The position numbers and the translations under genes are program-made. Source: the human T2T-CHM13v2.0 reference genome, Homo sapiens. Taken from it: a stretch of 64,000 nt of DNA. Within the stretch, counting starts at the first letter, position 1. Each line of letters opens with the position of its first letter. Where the stretch lies: assembly GCF_009914755.1 (NCBI RefSeq), contig NC_060926.1. One strand, 5' to 3'. The notes under the pieces are model-generated. The model was given only the letters and a program-made list of their open reading frames with translations, made no database searches and was not told the DNA's origin. This document shows, one piece after another, positions 14,752-26,661 of this stretch.

Positions 14752-15244
14752 TTAAGTGAATGAATGTAAGAAACACCAAGAAGAAGCAGGATATGAGTAA
14801 ATTGCTGCTATGAAAGATAAAAAGAAATAGTTGTAATGATGGCGATTACCATTTAGGGTAAAACGTGGAAGAAAAAGCCATGATATTTGATCTACAGTTA
14901 GAATGAAATTTTATTTATTGCTCTGAATAGAATGTATAGCTCTCTTTTTGCTTGTATGCCTGATACAACAGAGAAAGGTAGAAAGACTCCCTTTTACAAC
15001 TCATTTTCTGTTTTTGTAAAGGCAGATAAAACTGACAAGTTTCATCCTGTGACAAGAAACTTCTAATATATTTGAAGAATTACAGTCTCTTTGGCTAGCA
15101 ACTACCCTCTTTATGGCCTTTCACACTTTTTTGACTTTTTGTCTACTAGGTTGTTTGCTTTCTGGTAGATTTTTTCATTACAGTTGCACACTCACTTCTG
15201 TACATTTTCTCCATTTGAGTGTCCCAGGTCCTGCATTATGTCAC

Positions 15245-15706
15245 TTCTCTACTCAAAACCTTCCACTGGCTTCCATTTCATATAAAGGAAGAGTAATTAC
15301 TTGGGAAGTCCCACATGGTATGGCCTCTTGATGCCTTTGTGGCCTCATTGCTCACTGTTCACACAGCGCCCTGACTGCTCCTCCCCAGCTGTCCCTTATG
15401 CTTCACTTTTCACCTCCTGCTTTTTCTTCAGAAGTCATCTTCCTGGGAAGCCTACCCTTACCTCCATATTTAAAATCACAACTCCTTGGTATTTCCCATT
15501 AATCCTATTTTAATATTCTCAGTAGTACTTATCACCTAATATACTATATCATGTAATAATCTGGTATTCTTAATATTTCTTATCTACAAGAGTAGAATCC
15601 CCATAAAAGTAGAGATTGCTGTGCATTTGTTTATATTCCTAGGAACCCAAAACCTATAACAGTGCCAGGCATGGTAGGCTTTCAAATATTTGATGAGTGA
15701 ATGAAG
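15245..15706 (+). mobile_element. L2 3' end
   Basis: ctcaaaaccttccactggcttcc...aacagtgccaggcatggtagg...tttgatgagtgaatgaa tail. Confidence 0.75.
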
Positions 15707-17300
15707 AAACAATAAATTCAAGATCTCATTTCCTTTAAAGAAAACATGCCTCCTTGAAAATGCTTATATTAAAATATGCCTTGGGAAGAACTGTGAGAAA
15801 GATGCAAATGTTAGATAATGAATTGGGAGAGGGCCACACCTGCACTTAACCCTTCCTCTGTTACCTGAGTGCCACTACCTAGCAAAATCGGTTTTTATCT
15901 CATAGACATTAGCAGAAAACAAGCCAAACTCTCCCCCATGATGTATGTAGCCCTGCACAATCTGGCCTCAGCCACTTGACTACCTCATTTCATCCCATAG
16001 GAAGGAATTACGTAATTTTTCATGGCTCGTTTGGTTTCCTAAGATTATATGTATGCACAGATGTAGGTGAGGACTTTAATCCTAAGAACATGGTTCTTTT
16101 CAGATTGAATTGCAATTTTCTCCTGAATGAAATAGGAAACATATTTTTACAAGATATACTGGAAGTAAAGTGATAGTCGACACAATCTAGTCAACTGGGA
16201 TTTTGATTGATGATCTGGGGAGTCTAAGAAGCAGTGACAACCAGAGAGAAATATATTTAGTATAATTTAATAATAACCTGATTTGCATGTTTTTGTCTGT
16301 TGGAGTAATTACATAGATTTATCTCTTATATCTTTACATTGTTTTATTTTTCCAGATTATGGTGCAGTCTGTCAAATGTTTATGTGTTGAAAAGGCCACT
16401 TACTGATAGAGTATGAGAAATTCAGAGTATACGTGTTTTTGTTGTATTTATATGTGCCATGTTAATGGATAGCTTTCCTTGGAAAGTTGGGGAGGACATA
16501 GATTTTATTTATAATGTATAATAATATACTTAATCATGACTATATAACTTAAAATATTATAAACATGTATTTTAAAATATGCTATTAAGTGAATTAGTGG
16601 GGTTTTTTTTTTATATTGTGGCATATGTATAGTGGATCGAAGATGATATTAGATGGAATGAGAAAAGTTTTTCTGAGAGTAAAACTATAGTTCCATAAGT
16701 AGATTGATTTTATGATCACAGCTTTTTCTTTTCCAGTTTTTCATTGTTCATTTTTGATACCTTGGCAAACTAATCTTTAGTGTCAGCCAAAATTTCACTT
16801 GGCTATTTATTGTAAATTGCCCTAATTGATGAGTGAAAAAACTTTTGATACCTGCCTAATCTTAGTTGGATGAAATAACTGATTTCCTTCTAATTAATTT
16901 TTGCTCCATAAAATGATATGTTAATAAATGAGGAAAATCAGTCATGATCTAGAAAGTGCAGTTATTCTTGTTCAGAATTAAATAAAGCAGAATGGAGAAA
17001 ATGCAAAGCATTTTTTTGACTGTTGACTGACTATCGCTATATATGTTATTTTAGTGAATCAGAGTAAGTCTCATAAAAGTTGTAAAACATTTAGTCAGAG
17101 GGTATATAAATTTTTTATAGCTAGTAGGAAAATTTCTAAGTCCTTTTAACATGCCCAAATGTGCTGTTGTTATCAGTTGTTTTATTTTCAGACAGATAAC
17201 AAAAATGTCAATAAAATTCCCAGAGTAACAATGGTGTGCTGATGGTATTCAATTGTTCTTTTCTTTCAATAAACTCCATATATGGAAATGTAGCTCAATA

Positions 17301-17794
17301 TGAGGCAGAAGGTGGGACTCAACAACGGAGACAGGGCTGGAACACCGGATCAAATTGAGGACTAGCTAAAGCAAGGAAGGGGCAGAGGCAGCTTTCCATA
17401 AGACATGCCCAGCAGTGCACCATATTAGTTTATCATTGGCATGGTGAGTTACTATAAGTTAACTCCCAAGTTACCACTGCTTTCCGTGGGAATAATCCAA
17501 CAACCCAGGAGTTATTACCCTTTTCCTAGAAATTTCTGCATAATCTGCCCCTTAATTTGCATGTAATTAAAAGCAGGTATAAATATGACTGCAGAACTGC
17601 CTTTTAGCTGCTATTCTAGGCGCGCTTCCTATGGGGTAGCTGTGCTCTGCAAGGAGCAGTGCTTCTGCTTCTGCTGTACACTACCACCTCAATAGAGGCT
17701 CCTACCATTGTCATGCCTTTGATTTCTTTCCTGGACAGAGTCAAGAACTGTCCCAAGCTAAGCCCCAGTTTGGGGGCTTGCCTGCCCTGCATCG
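17301..17794 (+). mobile_element. ERV1 solo LTR, LTR19A/MER41-related
   Basis: tgaggcagaaggtgggactcaac...caaattgaggactagctaaa...ctaagccccagtttgggggcttgcctgccctgcatc; 4-bp TSD aata; TATA box at 17578. Confidence 0.85.
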
Positions 17795-18726
17795 AATACA
17801 TTATTTAATTTATGGGTGATATTTGTTTTCTAAACATTTTTAAATCTGTGGAATAAACTCTGTAGAATTTAGCTAGCAAATTCCTTTATTGGGAACATGA
17901 TTAAAGCTGTTATTGTAACTGTTGAACAATTTCTATATTATACAAAGCAAGATATTTGCATTAAATGTTAATAAGCTATAGCAGAATTTTTGCATCTTGC
18001 TTTTGGGAAAGCTTATTCTTTGTAAAAATAAAAGTTTTTACACATGAATGCATTCTTATTATAAAAGATTCAAACACAAGACAGAGAGAGCAAAATAGGA
18101 ATGTTTACCTTCATGGCCCCCTTACACCCACGTCCCTCAGAGGTAAAAACAATAGTTTAGTATGCATTATTCCAGTACAAAATTTTGACCATTTTCAGAC
18201 TTGTACATCTTGATGTTAATACATTGAAAGATGGAATCATAGTGTATATTCTTTTAACTTGGGTTGGAGGAGGTCAACATACTTTGGAAATAAAGAGATT
18301 TGATTTTACAACTGAAGGTCACCCTTTATTATTTGGACAAATCTACCCAACTAGCTACCACTGCTAGCATCTCATAGGAATGGGAAACATGACTATGAGC
18401 ATATAAAATAATTGTGTTAAGTCAGGTCATTCATCAACAAGCCAGAAATGTAGCTTAAATAGCAACCCTTTTTCTTTTATGGTTGTTTGCCAAGTTTGCC
18501 TACAGTCCTTGTATATGTGTGTGATCATTACTACAGCATGACCCCATATTGCATTTCTCATATTAGCCATAAATACTTATTACAAAACTTTAGATTTTTA
18601 TTTTGTTGATTCAGAGCTCTTTTTTTGTCCTATTCTTTCTTTCATTTGATCTTTTTTGCCCTTTTTACTTTCTTCTATCATTGAGCTTAATATCTTGGAG
18701 TATGTTTGATGGTGATAAGTTTAGTA

Positions 18727-19020
18727 TGGGGTTTCCCAGTCTTGGCAATATTGACATTTTGGGAAAGACAACTCTTTGTTGTCAAGGGAGTGGCCCTGTG
18801 CATTGTAGCATGTTAAGCAACATCCCTGGCCTCTACCCACTAGACACCAGCACAGTGCCCCTAGTTGTGATAAGGCAAAATGTCTCTAGATGTTGTCAAA
18901 TGTCCCTGGGAGGCAAAAGCATTCCTAGTTGGTGCCAAATGTCCGCTGGGAGGAAGACCATCACCAGCTGATGCCAAATGTCCCCTAGGGAGCAACACCA
19001 TGGTGGTAGAGAACCAAAGT
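18727..19020 (+). mobile_element. MER20 (hAT-Charlie) with triplicated subterminal segment
   Basis: attgacattttgg...ccctgtgcattgtagcatgttaagcaacatccctggcctctacccactaga...aaaatgtctctaga is MER20 core. Confidence 0.9.
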
Positions 19021-20540
19021 TTATTAGCATCTCTAAACTCATATAGTATTTTTTGGACATATTTTTAAAGGAAAGGTGGCTATCCCTGAAACATAATGTG
19101 TTTTGAAGTATAATTAAAATTATCATAAATAGAACAGTATTGAACCTTCACTCCTTATGTGTACAATTGACTTTAACGTCCTTGGCAGTAGGTATGTATT
19201 TGCTGCATCATTACATGGAAAGAATATTCACTGATGAAAAAGTCCTCTCCAACTTGAAAGAAATGTTTTCACATATCTCTGTGAGTATCAGTAACCTGGT
19301 ATAAGACCTTCTTTCCTATGTCCTGACAAAAGTTTATACAGCACTTTGACTCTTGGTATTTTACAAAAATGTATGCATTTGGGCTATAGCAATGCAATGC
19401 AACATATAAACATATTTTCTGAGAAGCATGTTTTGTTAAAAAAAATAAAACAAACAGGCTTTCAAAATAGATGCTGCATCATAAAGTTTAAATATGTATG
19501 GATTTTCTATACATAATCCTTCAACATTCATCTTCTATGTGAATATGGGCAATCTTCAATTTAAATGGAAATAACATAAACTAAAATTTTAAGATTTTAC
19601 CTAAAATTTGCAAAACTCAGTAATGTTTTAATAACAAAAACCTTATCTATGTACTATCTAGGATATGTTTTCAGACATGTTAATCTTTGAAATTAAAAAT
19701 TTTTGTACTCTCCTCCTCCAGAAAAAAAAAAACACCTACAAAAGGAAAAGAAACCAACTGTCCTTCAGAGTGAAATGTAGACTACTTCAAAAAAACAGTT
19801 TCCTATATTTCTAGACTTAATGGTCGTATTTCCACCCTTGGTATATATTCATGTTTAATGAATTTCCTGTTGACTTTAAAAGGAATTTCTACTATAGGCT
19901 ATTTTAAAAGAATTACCTATTTCAAGCTTTTCCTGGCATGTGGTTAAATCACTTCCTTTGAAGAAACAATACTCAACCTTTTTTTGAAGTTAAAATTTGA
20001 ATGCGAAATTCAAGCATTGTATTGATTTTAATGGATCAATTTATTTTTCTGTCTTCAACACACCAATCTTTATATCTGTAATTTCTGATTCTGCTTTTAT
20101 AATTTCTAACTATGTAAACCAATTTCAAAAGATTTGAAAATGGCATATCCAATAGATGAAATGTTTTCTTTGTAAATTAATATAAACCAAATTCTAGATA
20201 TTGTTGTTATATTTGATACTAATACTGAATCTAATACAATAGACCTGATTTTTCCATAAACTGGGATTGAGTAGAAAACTACTAAAAGATAACGTTCTGA
20301 TGAAATTATCTGTGGCAGTAAGTTTAGTGTGCTAACATGCTAAAAATGTTTTTCACATATAAGATTTTATTGTATTACTGGCACTGTTTATCACTTGTAT
20401 AGATGTATTTTTATTGAAATAAACTTTTTAAAAACTTAAATATATTTAAAGGGGAAATGTAGTCTTCTATATCTTTTTTTTTTCAGTACACATTAAATAG
20501 TAAAGTAAAAAGGATCACAGAGTTAAAAGATTACTCAGGT

Positions 20541-20865
20541 AGCCAAGCATGGTGGCTCACACCTGTAATCCCAGCACTTTGGGAGTCAGAGGCGGGCAGA
20601 TCACCTAAGGTCAGGAGTTTGAGACCAGCCTGACCAACATGGTGAAACACCAACTCTACTAAAAATACAAATTAGCCGGGTGTGGTGGCAGATGCCTGTA
20701 ATCCCAGCTACTTGGGAGGCTGAGGCATGAGAATCTCTTGAACCTAGGAGGCGGAGGTTGCAGTGAGCCAAGATCGAGCAAGATTGTGCCATTGCACTCC
20801 AGCCTGGACAACAAGAGTGAAACTCTGTCTCAAAAATAAATAAATAAATAAATGAATAAAATAAA
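20541..20865 (+). mobile_element. AluSq/Sp-like
   Basis: Full dimer; acaacaagagtgaaact; (AATA)n tail; TSD-like attactcagg/attacccagg. Confidence 0.95.
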
Positions 20866-21679
20866 ATTACCCAGGAATCACTTAAAATTATCTAAAGTAT
20901 CACCACTGAGTTGATGGGAAAAAATTTGTGCATTACAAAACTTGCCCTTTAATTTGCAGGGGTTTCAGGTTTTAAGTAGGAATCATCAACAACATGATCA
21001 AAAATTCTTCTGCTTCATTATTTTCAAATTGTATACACAGTGTTCTCTATACAGTGTATTAATCATTATAGAGTATAATTCAGTATGCTGCATTTATATT
21101 TTAGAGCTTTTTTTTTTAGGGGTAGAGGAAGAGGTTGGCATTGGCTGCTAGGTGAGGTTGTAAATGAAGAAACAATATAACCTCGTTAGTTTGTCCTATT
21201 CTCATGGCATGAACTTTGTAATACCTTAGAGAAAAAGAGAAAGTTAAAGCTGATTTCAGCTTAATTCTAGATCTCCTCCAAATGGCATTAAAATAGTTTA
21301 TAACGTGGCTGGATATAATAGTATTCATGGTGGTTTGTTATCCAAATTTGTAGCTATTCTTTTACCAGGTATTTCTGTCGCTATTTCTCAGTTTCTCACA
21401 ACACTGCAATTCTTCTCTACCTTTGTTATTTCAGCTGTTTTATAAAGGTTTATTTTGGAAATGTATATTGACTAAAGTTTCTTGTGCCACTCTCACTTAG
21501 CTCTTTGTGGTAAAGGTCACATTTATTTGAAGTTGTAGACTTTATGGCTGAGTAGTACGTCAAAGCCAGCCAGTGTGCATTCCCACTACTTCCCTGACCC
21601 TGACTTTGGCCTTCAATACCTCTTGCCTGTGGTTTGAAATTCTTTTCTCCCAGTCTTAGGTATTTTCTCACTCTTGTTC

Positions 21680-22285
21680 ATGGCAGCCCTGATCATGTTT
21701 TATTCTGGCCAAAAGCCTTCAAAGTTCTGCCTTTTGTCAAGACCTCTTTATCTTTACCCTCTATTTGCTCTACCATCTGCACTGTGCTTATGTTCTCATT
21801 CCTCCCCCTACTTGATACAAACTGGACAATCACTGCATCCTTAGGAGATTTTACCTTTGCGTTTGCTGTCCTTTCTTCTCTTCGTTGAGTTTTCCTAAAA
21901 ACCAATATAAATTTATTTGTCTGTAAATATCGACACTCTTCCAGATCCAGCTCACATTTTGCCTCTCACCTTAAGCTGCTTGGGTTCTCTTTTAATCCTT
22001 TGCAGACAGAGTGAATATCTCCTCTTCTCCCTGAATTGCCATTGTACTTCCTGCGATTTTATTTTATTTCATTGTATTTTACTGTGTTGTAGCTAGATTG
22101 CAATCTCAGCACAGAAGAAAGGCATGGGTTTTAGAGTCAGGTATATCTAGTTTTAGATCTGTTCCCTTTGTAACTGCCCTGAACATAGGCTGTGCTGTGG
22201 TACATATTCTTTTATATTCTAGGGACTCCACTCTTTGCATGCACAGTTGCAGTTGGCAATAAATGTTTAAAGGATGAATAACCAC
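21680..22285 (+). mobile_element. L2 fragments with an intervening MIR piece
   Basis: Pyrimidine-rich L2-like body, gggttttagagtcagg MIR head, and aataaatgtttaaaggatgaat tail. Confidence 0.5.
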
Positions 22286-22455
22286 TTATTCATGAAGGAC
22301 TGTTATTTTAATATTTATTTAAACAATATCCTGAAGAATCCTCAATTTTTTTGCTGCCCACAGAGAAATCACTTCCTTCTCCAAAAAGTGTGCAGTTAAG
22401 GAGTTTGTGAGTGCAAATTGAATGAAAATGTGCCATTAAGGAGATATCTGAAGAT

Positions 22456-22495
22456 ATGTGTGTGAGTGTGTGTGTGTGTGTGTGTGTATGTGTGT
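22456..22495. repeat. (TG)n microsatellite
   Basis: tgtgtgtgagtgtgtgtgtgtgtgtgtgtgtatgtgtgt. Confidence 0.95.
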
Positions 22496-23519
22496 ACAAA
22501 GTTAGGGAAAGGGAAGTTTGCTTTTACTATCACTATTTTCCTATTTTTTTTTTCAGTTTTGTATGTGCTCATTAAATGTAGTCATTTAGAACTATTATAG
22601 CTGTGGTCACTTATGAATCCTAAGGCCAATTTCAAATTTTTAAGTGGAGGGGATTGCTGGCGTATCCTCTCAATTTTGCTCTCTCCTCTATGATTTACCT
22701 TCTGGGCAGCAAGATACTAGACAAGAAAAATGTCACAAGTTTGCAAATAGGCTATGTGAAAAGTTTTATTAATTTAAATAATTGTGTCATATAGTTAGGC
22801 TCCTGAATATACTAATTTGCTTTTATGCCTTCTTATATTTTCAAAACCATGTGCTTAGCATAGCAAAATTTAGTGCTAGATATATTTGTCTTAAACTTAG
22901 TCCAAGGGCCTAATGAGAGGAATAAGAAAATAAGGATTTAATTATAAGACATCCTAATGTCTAAAGAAGGCCCTCAGTCAGAACCCTCATGCTACTCATG
23001 CACAGAGATGTCTGTGATTACTCTGACCACTCTTCTTGTGTTTACTTAGGACTAAATGAGTAAATGACTGAATGTCAGCACTATTAATTAAATTTGTTGT
23101 AGAGTCTCTGATGCCCCTGAATCATTTTCCAGGGAACATGCTGTTACTAAGCCTCTAAAAATAATTGCTTAGTGAACATATAAAATGCCCATAAACTTTT
23201 CAATGCTCTATCTTCAAGAAGAATAATATTCAGAAGAGCCTTCTTTTAAATGACAAATGAAGATTTTTCCCTCCCTTATTAGATGCCTGTACATTTTAAG
23301 TTGAACTTTAAAGACATTGAATATAGTGACTTAAGAACCTTTAAGTTTTTACTTCAGCTTAAGTATTTAAACAATTTAAATTGGTATTTAAGAAATATTT
23401 AAAAAGTTAAATCAAATATTAAATAAATTAAATATCAATTTTATTATAATACCCTCCCTTATTAGATGCATGTATTATTTCAAGGGTTGAAATATCAATT
23501 TTATTTAGAAGTGTAGGCT

Positions 23520-23847
23520 CATTATGTTTCAAATTTGAGGAAAGACATGAGTTTTCAGATTGACATTACACTCTGAGTAAAATAAAGATAAATCTAAATA
23601 TAGACACATCATGATAAAACTACAGAACCTAAGGAATTAGGAGATGATCTCAAAGGAGAGAAAGACATTATCTACAAAGGAAGAAGTATCAAAACACAGA
23701 AGTCAGAAGACATTGGTATAATGTATTCAAGCACTATTAGAAAACAACTGTCAACCTGGAATTGTATACACAAGTAGTCTCATTATAGAATGAGTGCAAA
23801 ATAAAGATATTTTCAGACACATACACACACACCCACACCCACACAAA
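23520..23847 (+). mobile_element. Old L1 ORF1/HAL1-like fragment flanked by a 13-bp direct repeat
   Basis: gaaagacatgagttttcagattg, tagacacatcat, aactgtcaacctggaattgtata and aataaagatattttcagac are L1M ORF1-type motifs; agaagtgtaggct at 23507-23519 and 23848-23860. Confidence 0.7.
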
Positions 23848-26577
23848 AGAAGTGTAGGCTTATTTCTAATTTACTGAAGTCAATCACAAGTGTATTGGTG
23901 CTAAATGAAGCTACTGCATACCGAAACTTTTATTGATATATAGTTTCCAAAACTCAGTGAAGATATTTGAATATTTGTAAAAGAGATTATACCAAATCAT
24001 GTTGATAGTCTAATTTGGGAGAATCTGGACCATCCAAGCTTGCCAGAAATGTATGAGGTCATAACAGTACTTGATGAACTCCTTAGAGAATGCAATGCAA
24101 TTTCTGATTATATTTCAGACTAGTGGCTTTGAATATACCAGAGTTATTAAAAGGAGGACAAATAAAATTTTGCTGTTGTTACTTCATGCCTTGTTCAATC
24201 TCGTGTTAAGTCTAGCCAACTAGAATTACTTAAAGTTTGATTTGTTGTTTCTGTCAGAAAAAAGATACGATATTCGTGATTTAAGCAAAATATTTTTTTC
24301 TGATTTGGGTGGTGATAATAAAACAAAACATTCTGGTGAATTTACTTTTTCATTATTAGTAATTATTATCCTAGCTATAATTTTTTATGTTTAATTTATA
24401 GGACCACTATGGAAATTTGTAGACCGGTAGAGGCAGTATATTCTAAAGCTTCTCTTGGCTTTTTATCCTATCTCCCTTTGAGGTAGTTTGACTAATAGGG
24501 CAGGGAATAAAGAGAGAATGGCAGTAACTCTCATGGGGCTTGACTAGGATAGAATCACTAGCCAACCTTCTTACTTGGCACATTGACACCACTTTTATGT
24601 AAAGGTGAATTTTAGTCTGAAAATTATGTAATGAGCATAAATGTTTATCAGCACTTAACTCTTCATAGATCCTTGATTTCTGAGCCTCTGAACCAATGCT
24701 TTTGTTGCCACTCATTTAGTTATTATTCTTGTACGCATTGTTGCAAGTGATAGAACAATGTAGCAGTAATATATGTTCCGTATCCTTAAAATATAGTTGC
24801 AGAAGAATTGTGTTTATTACTTTCTTTGCAGTATTCTACTATACCAGAGTGGGTTTTTAGTACTTCCTGACTGCTTTAAATGATGATTAACCCTACTCAT
24901 CTTCTCTGCTTCATTTTTGTTAGCTTATTCTTTAAATCTGTTGGATCAGAACCTAGCTCACCTGGTGGGATACTTGAGGTTTTCTATATTTTACATTATG
25001 CATATTAAGTCCAGATCTAATATTTCATTATACATACTATCTGTGTAAGCTTTAAGAGTTTAATGATAAATTAATAACAGATATTTTATTATTTTGTACA
25101 TCTACTATTGAATATTTGATACTTTACTATCTTTAATTATTAGCAAAATCCTGCAAAAATAAGTGAAATGTTTTACAGATTTAAAAATGAGGCTAAGAGG
25201 ATTAAAATAGTTTGCCTTTTAGATAGTAATACCTTCCTTATTGGGTTAATGTGAGGATTAAGATACATATCTGAAGCAGCTCACCCAAAGCCTGGCACCG
25301 AGTAGCCCCCCAACAAATGAAAATTGTTGTTGCTGTTGTGACTCTTATCAGTGCCAATGTCTGAGCTAGTGGTATAGCTGTGGTTCTGTCTGATCTGAAT
25401 CTAAAATCTATGTTGACTATATTTGATACCTTTTGAATTTAAATTCATTGAACACTTGATATAGTTTTATTTATTCTTCTTATGTAGCAGTGTTCTCAAT
25501 TATTTCAAAGAAGTCGTGTTAATGACCTTCTGGAATACGTTTCCATTATTGGCTTTAGCTTCCAAAGCAGTCCAGTAATGATTAGGGCTGACATCATGTT
25601 TCATACTGATGACACTCTTCCTAGAAGCTCTGCAACAGATGGTGGCCTTTGTGTAGACTCAGCACAGTTCTCCTGGACTATGCTCCTGACTCAGCAGAAT
25701 TCAGCAGACAGTCTGTACAAGGCATCGGTCTGTGGTGGAGAGACTTATCTGGAAAACTAGCAGGGAAAAAGATGCTAACTAAAATGGGTCGAGGGCTCTA
25801 GCTGAACTCTATTCTCTGTGTGGCATTTTGTGTCAGACTTAAAAACCATATGGCCAGAAAGCTCTTTCACTGTAGGGCCAGTTAGCAAATAGCCTGGTGT
25901 CAGATTCTAGATAAAGCACAAGTTTACATTTTGCATTGAGAACATTTTTATCTGAGGCCTCTGTGTTTTACAAATGCACATGTGAAGGCAAGATGCCTAC
26001 TGTACAGAACATGCAATTGATGAATGCCCTAGGGAATAAGATAAGGAGATGAGATTCCTGTACCAACATAGGGCTCTTTGTTTCACAAGTTTTCATCATT
26101 TTGGACAGGATTATTTGAATCTGGCAATAGATGGACAAGGCTCTGCTCTGCTTGTGCCTGTAAATTGGGAATTATTTCTTTGTGACATATGGGAACATTT
26201 CTTTGGGGGAAAAGAGAAGTGTGTTTACTTTTCTAATGCTCCTTACAAGTTTCCTTGGGACTGGTCAGATGACAAAACTGTCAGTGACAGGACTGAGACT
26301 GTAGAGGCTATTTACTATGAAGTTAATGGACCACAGGCTTCAGGGCTCCTTATTTTTTCAGGCTGTGTCCAAGACCCTGCATCTTATTCACATGACCATA
26401 TGTAACATTTGCAATTAAGATGATTTAAACATAATCAGGTTAAACTGTGCACTTCTACTCCTATTTGTCATATTTCTTTTAGTGTAAAAAATGGTGTTAG
26501 AGTGGACATGGACAATTTTGAATTCTGGCTAATGGGATGCTGAGTTAGGGATACATTTATTTTGCACTTAGTAGAAT

Positions 26578-26661
26578 ATTTTGGTGTGAGCCATATGAAA
26601 GTGGCGTTTTTTGAGGTTGAAAATGATGGAGCACTGACAATTTCACATGGCCAACCTAATA
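26578..26661. mobile_element. MADE2-like mariner MITE (degenerate)
   Basis: tatt..gagccatatgaaa...caatttcacatggccaacctaata; about 80 bp with imperfect inverted ends. Confidence 0.6.

Noticed and set aside
16356-16410. 55-nt exon candidate after a strong acceptor
   Set aside because: The donor AGA|GTATGA is mediocre and the exon is frame-shifting; indistinguishable from a pseudo-exon without data.
17192-17224. 33-nt in-frame exon candidate (TDNKNVNKIPR)
   Set aside because: Weak donor AGA|GTAACA; expected by chance in a T-rich intron.
18894-19015. Repeat-spacer-like periodicity (also 12596-12691 and 52270-52800) resembling a CRISPR array
   Set aside because: Degenerate tandem duplications inside eukaryotic transposons; no unique spacers and no cas genes.
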